Shown: positions 32,875 to 45,400 of the stretch, in pieces
How positions within the stretch are numbered: position 1 is the stretch's first letter
Layout: every line of letters starts with the position of its first letter
NCBI GenBank assembly: GCA_010093995.1
Contig: ML992506.1
Coordinates: 1,505,508-1,569,507 of the forward strand
DNA: 64,000 nt
Reading direction: 5' to 3'
DNA from: Elsinoe ampelina
Taxonomy: Eukaryota
Translations under genes and position numbers: made by a program
Notes under the pieces: model-generated
What the model saw: only the letters and a program-made list of their open reading frames with translations
What the model was told of the DNA's origin: nothing
Databases searched by the model: none

Positions 32875-33753
32875 GCATCCTTCCATGGAAGTCGTCTATC
32901 TGGCGGGACCGCTATGGATGACAGGGACCACTATCGCCTTGCGGGCGTCAAAGTAAACGTACGTCAACCCCTTCAACACTTTACCTTCCACAAGACCCAC
33001 TTGATGAATTCTATATCGTTGTTGAAACCCGAGTCTACTCGTGCAGACAAATTAGAGGCTTTTCCTGACCATTCCCTACACGCATCCCTGCCAATCACTC
33101 ATGTACTATATTTGGCAGCAAACTGATCTTCGTCACAGATCCTTCAGTACATTAAATACTCGATACATGATCCGCAATAGTGTGCAGCGCGTCTGAGCAA
33201 TTCCGAAACTGGCAATTCAGTGCGATTGTCGTCGGACCAACATCAATACTGCCGCTCCGAGTGTCAGATTATAGTCGATCTTCCGAGATGGGTGTTGGTA
33301 CCGCGTGGTTGGTCGACGATCATCGGGTCTCAAAATAGGCTGCCCAGACGGCCTGTCCCTGAGTTCTGGCCCGGGGTTGGAGCATTCAACGAGAGCATGA
33401 GAAACCTCCAGGTAAGTGTTGTATATTGCCGTCAACGTAGATAGCCAGGGGATTAATGCAACTGATCCTGATCACTTGGAATGACTTCACCACAAGAACC
33501 ACAATCTCTACGCTTCGTATGTTCGAATTCCGTGACCTTGAATCTACCGGCCCTGACAAGAATATGTGATGCTGAGCATCTTGTGACCTCGTGCGAACCT
33601 GTCGACTTCCATCAAAGCTGTTTATTCTTCAGATTTCATTCTTGCCCAGGCCATCTCGTCAGACCTCTTCTATCGCAGTCGTAGGTTTCCCATCATGTCG
33701 TAGATTCCTACTTCCCACCAGCGCAGCCTTCTCGACCACCACGCCCAGACACA

Positions 33754-34037
33754 ATGTCATCTCTCTGGTCGTAAGCCTCCCTCGTCCCTGCTCTCCCACC
33801 CGTATCCTAACACTGCCAAAAAGAAAATACCGCTCCCTCCCCGCCAGCACCCGCATCCTAATGGGCAGCGGCCTCGTCGCCTACGCTCTCGTCGCCCAGA
33901 CACTCTCCGACAAAGCGGAAGAACCACTCGGGCTCAAGGCGACGGAGGAAGAGAAGGAGGAGCTGTACAGGTATATGCCTAGGATCAGGACCGTGGGGAG
34001 GGGTGAGACGGGGAGGGGACGGGAGGAGCGGGGATGA
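33754..34037 (+). CDS. Small single-TM conserved-fungal-type protein (~76 aa); intron 33771-33823
   Basis: The spliced frame reads MSSLWSKYRSLPASTRILMGSGLVAYALVAQTLSDKAEEPLGLKATEEEK...; intron GTAAGC...CTAAC...AAG. Confidence 0.65.
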
Positions 34038-34640
34038 TTTAGTTGGGTAGTGGCAGGGCAGCAATGATATAGCGGGGCAGAGGGACTTTACTTTGACGGA
34101 GACGAGGAATCACGAGGGAAGGAATCTATGGGCAAAGATGTCAGGTCTGGGAGAAGACAGGACTACGAAGAAAGTCACTGGAACTTGCAAAGATACGCAA
34201 GCGGACTGGAGCAGTCGCATAGGCTGAGAGGGAAGGTGAAACTTGTTCGGGTCGCTGGTCCAGGATATACGATTTACACGAAGCTAGTCGAGTCGCACAC
34301 GAATCCCGGCAGGTCAAAGGACACATCCCACATGAACGGAGGGGATAGGGTAGGCTAGCCCAAAACCACGGGAACACACAGACTGGATGCAAAAAGGTTA
34401 TCAATACCTTTCTACCCACTATACCACTATTTATATAAGCTTTTGAGAACCACCCCTTTCGCTGCCTGGGTATCTCTGGAAACGCTTCTGCCCTTCGAAC
34501 GCTTCCTAAGAGCAAGGCGAAGTATCTCAAGATCCGCAGCCTGACGAGCGCACTACAGGTGTCCGTTTCGAATAATTTTTCTCTGATGGGCCCCGTCTCA
34601 CGAACAGCTTCCGGCGTGTCGACGCTGGCGTATCGGGATC

Positions 34641-35547
34641 CTAACCCTGGCTCATCCGCGCCCTCTTCCTGCCCGTCGTGACCGACTCGCTCTTCCCTGT
34701 TCTCTTCTCCTGCGCGTCCAGGACCATGCTGAGCACGTCGAAACCGAATTGTGGGTAGGAGAGACACATCTCGCGGAACTCCTTCTCGGCTTCGTGGCGG
34801 AGGACGTGGGACCGTGTGGCCCAGAACTGCGCGACTGGCTTGCGGATTTCCTTCTCCTCTTCTGAGGTGTGGCCGTAAACGTAGCGCGCGTATGCGATCT
34901 CACCCCTAGCAGTGGATTCGACGAGGTGGATCTTTCTATGTGCCAAAGTCGCAAGTTGAGGGAGGTTTAGGGCTTTGGCTAGCGTATAGACCCGAGCGTG
35001 TCGGAGGAGTGCTATGCCTGACGTGTCTGGCTTGGGTACAGTGGGGTCGTTCTCGAGGGACTGGTTTGTAGCAAGGGCCGGGAAGTAGTCGTTTCGATAG
35101 AGGAATTCGAGGGCTGAAGAGACAGCTGCCACGTCCTCGTCCAGTGAGATTATGCGATCACCCTAATCTTGTCAGAGCTACAATCCGGTAAAGCACTCCT
35201 TTCGCTTGTGATACCTGTTCAGATTCGCGACTTTGAATCAAGTCCCCGAGGAAACTAGATTTCTGCAACAATAGTTTATGCGAATAGAGCGAGATGGCTT
35301 CGTCGCCTTTGCCGACAACGATTTCGACGAGTGGGGATCGCAAGTAGCTGTCATCGTCAATACTTGCGCAAGTAGTCGCGTCCGGGCCAGCTTACTCTGC
35401 GAAGCTCTGAACGGCAGGCACTTCGGTCTCGATGTTCTCCAGTCCGCCCATAGTGTCGCCATTTTCCTCTGCACCATCCTCCCCAATCATCTCGACATCG
35501 TCTTCGCCGTTCGCGGAAGCGTCCACGACAACCTCAGGATCGGCCAT
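34641..35547 (-). CDS. BTB/POZ-domain protein, multi-exon
   Basis: SPLVEIVVG...HKLLLQKS (BTB start), LEFLYRNDY and HARVYTLAKAL...LAHRKI; acidic N-terminal exon from the ATG at 35547. Confidence 0.8.
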
Positions 35548-35956
35548 TGTAGACTTGAAGGCTCAATGGAGACGTCTACTCGCGTTGCGACAAACTTCAA
35601 AAGTTCAACTGCGCGAGACTGGCAAGGCGATGCGCGCGCGAAAAGTGCGGTCGCAAAGTGAGTGTGAACGTCGCGAAGACTTCGCGAGCTGTGTTGCGAT
35701 TGAATTTGGAACTCGCAAAGTGAATGTGGCTGTCAGTCCGGCGATGATGAGCTCGAGGAAGTGAGAGCTCCGAGTCAAGCTGCTGGTGAATTGGAGTTGG
35801 ATGCAGACGATTGGTCAAAGCTTTTTCGTTCCTGATCCAGCCACAAAAGACGTGCGCCACAGTGGCTGCAAAAGTTCGGCTCCATGTCAAGTTGAAGTAC
35901 AACCTTCATTCTGATCTTCACTTTGTAGGTACACCTCACAGCTCCATCACACCAAC

Positions 35957-36769
35957 ATGGCGGCACCCAGGTCTATCTTGAAGAGAAATCTCTCGCAGCC
36001 GCAGGTCACCGTGCCAGACGGAGTCAACATTCCTGCTCCCAAATCTGACGTGGAAGCTCGCAACCTGCGGACAGCTCTCATGCACGCCGAGCAGATTCGA
36101 TCACAGAAGGAGACATCACTTCACATCCTGTCATGCATCGAGACACTCTCCCTACTACCCTCGAAAATTCCCGCGCCGGCAGAAGAGGTCGCGCAATTCA
36201 AGACAGACGTCGCCCTCTTTCAACCATCAGATTACTCAGCCCTGCTTGAAGAACGTAATGTAAACGGCTTTTGCGGCTATACTTTATGCGACAACCCTCC
36301 AAAGCAGGCACAGAAGACAAAAGTGTGGCTGAAGCCTGAAGGCGAGCGGCGGTTCTGCGGTAAAGAGTGTGCCAGGAAAGCATTATATGTTAGGGCGCAA
36401 CTCGACGAAGTGCCCGCCTGGGAGCGAAGGGCTGGTCTGAACAATGAGATCAGACTAAAGGATGAGGTCGAGATTAGAGAGCTGGATCTGCCGATAAGAG
36501 TCAAGGAGAGCGCAGAGGAACGGGACACCAAAGCTCTGACAGAAGAACGCATAGGCAAACAGACCGGGAAGAAAGTCACACTGATCACGGATGAAATCAT
36601 GGAGAAGCAGCTCACTGGAACGTCAAGTGGCGGATATGTCAAATTCGAATTCGATCAGCTGGTGCACGACAGCATTGAGGGATATCGAGTGTCGAACAAG
36701 AAACTCATAAAGGGCAAGAAGAGATCCGAGGACGACGACGACGACGACAGTGACGAGGAACACGACTGA
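35957..36769 (+). CDS. RTR1: Rtr1/RPAP2-family RNA polymerase II CTD phosphatase
   Basis: FQPSDYSALLEERNVNGFCGYTLC...FCGKEC zinc motif, followed by QLDEVPAWER. Confidence 0.85.
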   Translation: MAAPRSILKRNLSQPQVTVPDGVNIPAPKSDVEARNLRTALMHAEQIRSQKETSLHILSCIETLSLLPSKIPAPAEEVAQFKTDVALFQPSDYSALLEERNVNGFCGYTLCDNPPKQAQKTKVWLKPEGERRFCGKECARKALYVRAQLDEVPAWERRAGLNNEIRLKDEVEIRELDLPIRVKESAEERDTKALTEERIGKQTGKKVTLITDEIMEKQLTGTSSGGYVKFEFDQLVHDSIEGYRVSNKKLIKGKKRSEDDDDDDSDEEHD

Positions 36770-36839
36770 AGCGAGCTTAATCATCAGATCTACATTCAGC
36801 TATGTACAAGTATGATACGACGACCGACAACGCAGCAAT

Positions 36840-38894
36840 CTATGATTCGTTGGCTGCCTTGTTCACCGGAAGCAGGCAGCCAGCGAAATAGTTGCCCAGG
36901 CCCTCCACATCCTCGAGCTCGCCAATGAATCCGGTGTAACCATCTGGACGGACAGCTACGACGCAGCCTCTGCTCGGGTCGACGCCATATCCCTGATAGG
37001 CATGACCATGGCCCTCATGGTAGCTCTCGTCATCCACAAAGACCTTGTTGTAATCCCAGCCCATGTCGTTTGGTCGTAGCGGGTGGAGAATGGCCGGGAA
37101 GTCATCGAGAAGTTCAACCTCCTTTCGCGGCGCAGAGTGGATGGTCAGGATTTCGATGACCGAGTCGATGGTAGCGTTGGATGGTGTGTATTTCTTCAAC
37201 CAGCTGTCGGACTTGTCTGCCTCTGCGCACCAAGCTTCCACCCTCTTCTTCTGCTCGGCTTGCTTGACATTGCCAGCGAACAGGATCACTCTGTATCGTC
37301 CATCGCTCTTCAACCACATCTGGAACGGCCATGGTCGTGCGCCAGACTGGTTCAGCACCTGGTGGCTGGGGAAGCGCATGCCTAGCGGCGCGTTCTTGCA
37401 CAGCGACTGCTTACTGACCGCCTTTGCTGCGGCGCTCTCGACGTCGGTACCATCACCCTGCTCCTTTGCGCTTCCTTCTTTGGCGACAAGCATGCTCTTT
37501 CCGTAGTCGACGCTCAAGCCGGAAGCAAACAGAGCGCCCTGCTTGAAGACCCTCTTAAACTCCTCCATGTCAACACCTGCCTCGTCTGCGGCGTCTTTTG
37601 CAGGTCGACCGCTGAACAGTCTGCTAAACTTGTGGTCGAAGTCGATGAGGTCCTTTGCGATTCTCCTCCGCTCGCTCTGGTAGGTCTTGAGGATACTCCG
37701 CGGAGCCTTGCCCTGTACGACGTGACCAATCTTCCAGGCCAAGTTGTAGGTATCCTGCATGCTGACGTTCATTCCTTGACCAGCCTTTGGCGAGTGTGTA
37801 TGTACCGCGTCTCCGGCGAGGAAGATCCTCTCACTCTGCGAAAAGTTGGTGCCGACTCGCTGTCCAATCTGATATGCCGTCCACCAGTGACAGTGCTTGT
37901 ACTCCAGCTTGTACGGCGCCAGTACCTTTTGCGCACTCTTGAGAATAAGATCTGGATTGATCTTGCTCCTGTCCGCCCTGCCACTCTCCGCATCTGGCTT
38001 GATTTCGTGCAATTGCACATACAGCCTGACCAGACTGTTCTCCCTCGGGATCACCATCAAACTCCCACTACTCTCCGAATGCACACTGCACCTATTCCTG
38101 ATATCGGGAAAATCCGTCACCGGCACAATATCCAAGACACCCCAGATATAATCCGTGGGCTCCCCCTCCAGCTTGAACCCCAACTGCTTCCTCGTCCAAC
38201 TATGCGCGCCATCACAGCCAATAACATACTTTGCTCTAATCGTCTCCTCCCTCCCCTCCATCCCGGACGTCTTCTTCACCAACTCATCCGTATCGTCGGG
38301 CGCCAGATTACTCCTAAACAACCCATCACTCACCCCCTGCCCACTCTTACTCTGCTCAGGACTCGCCTCATCCTCGGACAAATGCCTCACCACGACCTTG
38401 ACCGGATACGCATCCTTGTCCTCCACCTCCCCATGCTCCAACTCCATACTCAACGGCAAAACCCCCCTCTCAACCACGACCTCCTTCCCCTGCACCTCCC
38501 TCCCATACTTGGCCATATTATCCAGGAAAAACCTCTCAATCCGCCCCTGATGCAACACGCTCTCATGCCACCTACTAATCCCAACCGGCGTGTCAGGCAC
38601 CCTATCGTCCCGCCGCAACCTCCCCGTGGCCGGGTCCGGGTTCCACATGGAGAACTCGACCATGTGGTTCGCTTCTTTCCACACGCGGTCGGCGAAGCCC
38701 AGCGACTCGAAGATCTCGAGCGTGCGGCACTGCAGCCCGTCCGCTTGCCCCGTGAAGATTTTGGTCGAGCGTTTGTCGATGATGCGCACGCGCACGGGCA
38801 GGTGCGAGAGTTGCGTCGCGGCCATGAGGCCGGCGGGGCCGGCGCCGATGATCAGGACGTCGGTGGTGGAGTCGGGGGCGAGGGGGGCGGGCAT
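36840..38894 (-). CDS. FAD-dependent phenol 2-monooxygenase (PheA/TfdB family with C-terminal thioredoxin-like dimerisation domain)
   Basis: DVLIIGAGPAG, GQADGLQCRTLE, YVIGCDGAHS, FLAGDAVHTHSPKAGQGMN and VRPDGY. The likely ATG is at 38894. Confidence 0.92.
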   Translation of the reverse strand: MPAPLAPDSTTDVLIIGAGPAGLMAATQLSHLPVRVRIIDKRSTKIFTGQADGLQCRTLEIFESLGFADRVWKEANHMVEFSMWNPDPATGRLRRDDRVPDTPVGISRWHESVLHQGRIERFFLDNMAKYGREVQGKEVVVERGVLPLSMELEHGEVEDKDAYPVKVVVRHLSEDEASPEQSKSGQGVSDGLFRSNLAPDDTDELVKKTSGMEGREETIRAKYVIGCDGAHSWTRKQLGFKLEGEPTDYIWGVLDIVPVTDFPDIRNRCSVHSESSGSLMVIPRENSLVRLYVQLHEIKPDAESGRADRSKINPDLILKSAQKVLAPYKLEYKHCHWWTAYQIGQRVGTNFSQSERIFLAGDAVHTHSPKAGQGMNVSMQDTYNLAWKIGHVVQGKAPRSILKTYQSERRRIAKDLIDFDHKFSRLFSGRPAKDAADEAGVDMEEFKRVFKQGALFASGLSVDYGKSMLVAKEGSAKEQGDGTDVESAAAKAVSKQSLCKNAPLGMRFPSHQVLNQSGARPWPFQMWLKSDGRYRVILFAGNVKQAEQKKRVEAWCAEADKSDSWLKKYTPSNATIDSVIEILTIHSAPRKEVELLDDFPAILHPLRPNDMGWDYNKVFVDDESYHEGHGHAYQGYGVDPSRGCVVAVRPDGYTGFIGELEDVEGLGNYFAGCLLPVNKAANES

Positions 38895-39562
38895 GGTGGG
38901 CGGTTTGGTCGGGGGGGAGGGGGGATTGGTGGTGTGGGTGTGGTTGGTGGGTGGTATAAGGGTTGTGGTGGGTGAGGGTGTGGCGCGGGGTAGTCGGTCG
39001 TTATAAAGGCGGAGGAGTAAACGGTGTGTGTCTTGAAGTTGAAAGGGAAGAATTGACAAAACCTGACAGAGACTGAGACTGGTGGAGTTGAAGGTAGGGT
39101 TCCGTCGTCGATGTATACACCAGATCCCCTCGATTCTAAGCAATGACAAATGGATCGCAATCTGGTTATGACACAATGATCTCCGAAGCCCAAAGCGCCG
39201 AGTGGACGAGGGGTAATTTATCGATCGGTCGGGGCAAAGTGTCCGCTTTTTCGGACGACGACAGGGATAAGTAGGTGCTTGGTGATGTTCTGCTAATCAA
39301 GACAATTGCTCGCGGTTATATGTCACGGGAAGAGTAAAGTGATATAGCGGTATTTGTCCCGCGATTCGTAGATCTGGTAGCCGTGGAGTATGTACAAGAG
39401 GGGCTGGACAAACTCCACGCCTCGTTCCGGGGAGAGATCCGTTGGAGAAACGAGAGATCAGGGGTGGGGGTGATTATACATGTTTTGGTAAGCGTATAAT
39501 TACACCCTTTTTCATTCGGCGGCGTACTTTCTCTTTTTGTGAGGACGCGCCTCTTAGTGCCT

Positions 39563-41391
39563 CTATAATTTGGAGGCAGGCTGCCCAGCGTCGTGGAGAG
39601 TGAAGAGATTCCTCTTTGCCACGGCATCGTACGTCACCATCCCTCGTCGACCTATAGGTTCAACATCTTGACTTACCAACTCCTTTAATGTCCTGGCATC
39701 GCCATGGTTCGCAAGGAATCTCGCACCGTTGCTGACAAGCCGCCCGACCACATGACCCTTGCTGGGTTGACCTTTGCGGTCAAAGTCCGCCGTATACGTT
39801 TCGATGATAGCCTCTCCATTCGCCTCCTTGAACACCTCGGGGCATGGTAAGTCCAGTGGATCAGGAAGTACTGCTTGTCGTGGATAGGTCTTGCTATCAT
39901 CACGAGGGGCTGAAGAGAGTACAGCCACATGCTGGTAGGTCAAGACGCCCCCATTCGCTAGGACGAGTCCATGTCTTCGTCGTGATTTGTGCCCTCCTCG
40001 CAGTTGGCGTGTCATCTCTGCAAGAGCCTACTTAGGTCAGTTCCGAGCTTGATAGCTATTCTCTTGCCCGATACCCATTCAACTCACATGCATCGAGTAA
40101 TTGTTCCCTGCCCCTCCAAAGCTCGTCAGTCCACCCAACAGCGTGATCGGCTTCCGCTTATTCGAAAACTCCAGTCCAAGATGCTGACACGCCAGCTTCG
40201 GTACGATAGGAAAGCACGAGTAGAAGTCATGCAAATCGATATCCTCCGCCTTCAATCCAGCCACATCCAAAGCAGCATCCAGTGACCTCTCAATAGCAGG
40301 CGCGCGGTGGAAGGACGATCGCTTCCAGACTGTCCCCGTTAGCGTATCTACTTCATCCAACAGAAGAATGGACATACACTCAGCACTCTCACTCGTCCCC
40401 GCCGCCCCTCTTACATATACCCACTTCTCCTCCTCCACACCCAACTCCCTCGCCACATCCGTCGAAGCAACCACCACCGCAGCCGCAAGATTCACATTGT
40501 TAAACGCATTCATCAACAACGGATCTGTTCCGTATCAGCGTCCCTCACCCCACCCCTGCTCTCCCCAGAAAGACTCACAAGGCCAACAAACCATCCTATT
40601 CCCCCCTTTGCCGTCCGTAACAGTACCAATCTGCCCCCTCCCCCTCCCCCTCGCGTAATCCCACGCGTAAGCATTCCCCCCCGCCACCTCCGCGAACTCT
40701 GCGTACAACTCCGTGCTCTCCTCGTGATTACCCCTGATGGTCTGCTTGCGGTGTGCGCGAAACCCGTTCTCGTAGAGAGGGTATACCTGGATGGGCGCGC
40801 CGATGGAGTGGGACGCCGCGGTGGAAGGGGGGAGGGGGCGCGTGGTCGGGGAGAAGATCTGGGATATGGGGACCGAGGGGGAGGTCCAGGGGAGGGTGGA
40901 GAGGGGGGCTAGGGATTTGGCGAAGGTTGTTACTGGGGAGGTCAGGGACCCTGGGAGGATTGGGGGGGAGGGGACAGGGACGGCGAGGGGAGGGAAGGGA
41001 AGAGGGACGTACGGCTTGCGAGGGCTTCTCCGCCTGCGAGGACGACCACTTTACTCTCGCCTTTCATGATGCGGCGGCATGCTTCGTCGAGGCATTTGAC
41101 GGGTTGGTTGCCGCCGTGGTCGCTTTCTTTTCGGAGTGCTCCGGGGTGATTGGCAACCTGTACGCGATCTGAAACTAAGCCTGGTAGGTCGTCGTATGGC
41201 CACGTCCATGATTTGATGATGGTCAGGTCGTCGACTTGCTGTTTGAGATTGGTCAGGGCGGCAACGGAGAGGCCAGTGTCGGCGAGGGCGTTCGTGACGG
41301 CATTGGATATTAGGTCAAGTGGCTCTATTAGTCTATTCGTGCGGTTGATAATGTCTGCTACACCTATGATGACGGGCTCCGATGCGGACAT
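39563..41391 (-). CDS. Thiolase-like protein (TLP1 type with extra C-terminal domain), peroxisomal PTS1, multi-exon
   Basis: PVIIGVAD, HGGNQP, GGEALAS, DFYSCFP, GGLTSFGGAGNNYSMH, LANGG and IETYT; ends in -SKL. Confidence 0.85.
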
Positions 41392-42405
41392 GGTGATATC
41401 GAGGTGCTTAAGCTTGACCCAGACTCAAGATGAAGTAGGCATTAGTGAGAGGAATCCAGTGGTCGTATACGGAATGAAGGAATCTACATTACGAAAACAT
41501 TGTCTGTGCAGTAGTATTGCAGATTATACTCTCTACATGGTAGACATGGAGAGAGGGGGAATGCCTCGGCGTCGGAAACAACCTGAACGAGATCTGATCC
41601 TCAACACCGATGCAACCAAGTATCTTCAGCATCATCGCACGTAGAGTAAGATGTTCTCAAGTGTAGTGTGGTCGTGGGATGGAAGTGGTTGTCGCATACA
41701 AGGCACAGTGCTCTGCGCAAGGTGCGACGAGATCAAGAGCTCCATCACGGACACCAAGCAATCACCAATTCATCCGACGAAGAAGTATAGTTGTAACCAA
41801 TTCATTAATACTCAAGGAAAGGTATAGAGAGAGCGACTACTTGTACAGCTCTTTCCCGGTCCGCCAGCTAATCAACAATAAAGAAGACCATAATACACGG
41901 CATATCGACTCGGTACTAAAGACTTGCTCAACCAGCGCGCAAAAGGGTGTGAAAAAATTATCCTCTCCAACTTCTCCGACCTGGTCGACCGTGAGAGTGC
42001 GTGATTATGCGATGTTGTTGCGTAGTGTGTGTGTAAAGACAGTTTTGTGACGAATAGGAAAAATGTGGTATAGTGGTGTGAAGGTGCAATGTCGAGTAAA
42101 GGACGGATCGGCCAGTACGGGTTGAAGCATCGAGAGGATTGAGGGTATGTGTAGTGTGTGCAAGAAACAATTGTTCGAAGAGACTGCAGGCTCTTGGTGG
42201 GATATCAAGTTGGCATCGATTCCGAACCCTCCCCACTTGTTAGGACAGCAGGAAGAGGACGCAGCTCTGGATGCCGGTGCTGATTTCGTCGAATACTGTG
42301 CGCTCTCATGGCATGCAAATGTGTTGATTTTTTTTGTGAATTTGTGCTTTCATTCTGTATGTTCATGTGTATGACTCCCCTGCTCTTACTGCTCCAGGCA
42401 CACAT

Positions 42406-45400
42406 CTACTCCTCATCCTCGTCATCGCCAGCCTTGGCTGCCAACAACCACCTGTTCTCGCCAGTCTTGGCGTCTTGCTGGTGGGTGATGGCGAGCTTGC
42501 TGAGGTGGCCGATGATGTTCTCCATCTTGCTGTCGTGTACGGAACGCTGCTTACGGCCGAGGTTATCGAGGTAAGAGATCTTGTTGAGGAGATAGTAGAC
42601 AATGGCGATGACAATGGTGACACCGATGGAGTAGAGCCAGATGACGACAATGGTGACAATGTCGACCTGTCCGTTGGCGCGCTGGACGAAGCTGGAGGCC
42701 GGATCAGTCTCGACCGGAGTACCAGCCAACCAACCAAATGCAGCGAAGAGAGTAGCGAGGACATCGACACCGAAGATGGCACCAACGAGTTGCCACGATG
42801 GAAGAGTGGTACCACCGCGAGTAACGAAGATAAGCCAGTTCTCAGTAAGGGCGACCTCAAGGAAGAGAACTTCCTGGACAGAGGCGAAACGCTGAACAAT
42901 ACCACCAGACTCAAGGAAAAGAGCACCACGGATGATCCAGGTAGCCACGGCGAGAAGAACACCGAGAACCACGGAGATGACCCAGATCTTGGGGAGCTGC
43001 CATTCGACAGGACGGGGATCGGAGTGGGCGTTGTCGTAAGCGACGGCAACAGTGGCCAAATCGGCGAAGAGGGCGATGAAGACGATGAGCTCGGAGCGGA
43101 TGACCTCGTTGAGAGCGATGGCGGCGGTGACGAGGTAAATTTCCAAGTGCAAGCAGAGGGCGATACGGTACTGGATGTAAGCCTTCATGCGCTGGAAAAT
43201 CTGGCGAGAAGTCTTGATGGCCAGGACGATGGTGGAGAGACCGGGGGCGAGGAAGACGATATCGGCGGCAGCCTGGGCAGCCTCGGAGGAACCCTCGACA
43301 GCAATACCGCAATCGGCTTTCTTGAGAGATGGAGCATCGTTGACACCGTCACCAGTCATGGCGGTCAAGTGACCACGCTGCTGGAGCATCTCGACGACCT
43401 GGTACTTGTGCTCGGGGAAAACTTCGGCGAAACCATCGGCGCGCTCGACGAGATCGTGCTGAGTAGCACCGGAAAGACCACCGTGGATGAGCTTCTGAGA
43501 GTTGTAGACCTTGGTGCCGAGGGCAAGCATCTTGCAAGTTTCCTTTGCGATGGCAATAGCGTCACCAGTCAACATCTTGACGGGAACACCGAGCTGCTGA
43601 GCCTCGATGATAGTCTGGGCGGTGTCGTCACGGGGAGGGTCGAACATGGACAGCATACCGAGAAGGACCCATGGGCCGTCGTTCTTCTTGTAACCAACAC
43701 CGAGAGAGCGGAAACCACGGCGGGCGAATTCGGTAGCCTTGTTGCGGAAAAGGGCGGCCTCCTCCTCAGAGCAACCGGAGATGTTGAGAACGGCCTTGGG
43801 CGCACCCTTGGTGCACTCGTAGCGGTCGCCACGGAGAGTGCAGACGGCAACAATACGCTTGGAGACGGGGTCGAAGGGAGTGAATTTCTCAGTCTTCCAG
43901 TCGTCCTTGAGGATGTCACGGGCCTTGGGGTAGCGCTTGAGAGTAAGGATGGTGACCTTGTCGATGGGGTCGAGAGACTTGATGTTGTGGGAAGACGCAA
44001 GAGCGGCGACAGCCATCATCCAGTTGACGTCCTGACCCTCAGCGACGAAAGGCTCACGAATAGAAAGCTGGTTGGCAGTAAGAGTACCAGTCTTGTCGGA
44101 GCAGAGAATATCCACACCGGCAAGGGACTCAATGGCGGTGAGCTTCTGAACAATGGCCTGCTGCTTGGCGAGATAGGCGGCACCGACGGCCAATGTGGTG
44201 GTGGTGACAACGGGAAGACCGACGGGGACACCGATGATGAAAAGAATCAAGGCCTGCGAGAGGAGAGTCTCGGAAGAGTCGGTGGGGGTAGCAATCCTCT
44301 GGTTGCGGAAGAAGGCACCGATCCAGGCGACGAGAATCCAGAAGATGACCAAGACGAGAAGAGCTGTACCGATGGAGTTCATGATAGCCTTGAAGTGACC
44401 TTGATCCTTTGCGCCCTGCACGAGGGTGGCAGTGCGACCGACGAAAGAGTGCTTGGCGGAGGTGATGGCGACAGCGTAAGCCTTGCCACGCTTGCAACCA
44501 GTGGTGTAGTAGATGACATCGCCCATGAATTTGTCGACGGCCAAAGATTCACCGGTGATGGCGGACTGATCAGTGGCGATGATGGAGTGGCCCTGGTGTG
44601 CGATGCCCTCGCCATCATCTTCACCCTCCTTCTCTTCAGATCCAGCTGGATCCTCCTCTGGATTGAGCTGATGCTGTTCGCGAAGTTCCTTGTAGCGGGA
44701 GAATTCCTCGGGGGTGTCATAATCGCAGATGAGGCGAGCATCAGCTGGGACGGACTGGCCTTCCTCGACGATGATCTGAACTTTGTTAGAAAAAACTGTT
44801 GTGAAACGGAAATACATGGTCGAAGCTTACAATATCACCAGGAACGAGCTCGCGAGCGAGAATACCGATTTCTTGACCTTGACGGACGACAGTTGCCTTC
44901 ATGGCGATATCACCCTTGAGAGACGCGACGACATCGGCGGCTTGCTTTTCTTGGTACCAACCGACGACGGCGTTGAGCAGAAGAATACCAGCGATGACAC
45001 CGAAATCGATCCATCGCTGGAGACCGAGAGCCAAGACGGCAGCCAATTCCATGACTATCAAACATTGTTAGCAACATATCCTCGGAATAGATAACGATCC
45101 TCTGCCGTGTCTGGAGCTGGCTGGACGGTATTATTGGCGTGGTTGCGAGCTGTCGCTGCTTTGCGGGGTGCCAGGCAAATTTTCGGTGGATTCGATCGGC
45201 TCTTGGCCGGAAGCTTGGCCCGATTGGGATGGGAAGCTGTGCGGGCGTTGTTGTGACCGCTGCATGCGATGGCGTAGCACTGGCGTATTCCTGCAGCTCA
45301 TTTACGAGCGGGGAAGTTGAGAGCTGTGTCGTGCTCGAAAAAAAATAGTGCGAGCTTGTTGGGAATGGTAGATGAAGCGTCGCAGTCCATTGACGGCCCA

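Noticed and set aside
37632..38975. 447-aa + strand ORF opposite the phenol monooxygenase (likewise 59801-60802, 4320-5075, 4205-5029, 8096-8866)
   Set aside because: Shadow ORFs from skewed, stop-poor composition; their amino-acid content simply tracks the C/G skew.
42367..44919. 850-aa antisense ORF over PMA1
   Set aside because: It mirrors PMA1 codons; strong codon bias (few TTA/CTA/TCA) removes antisense stops. It has no recognisable domain and ends near the exon boundaries.
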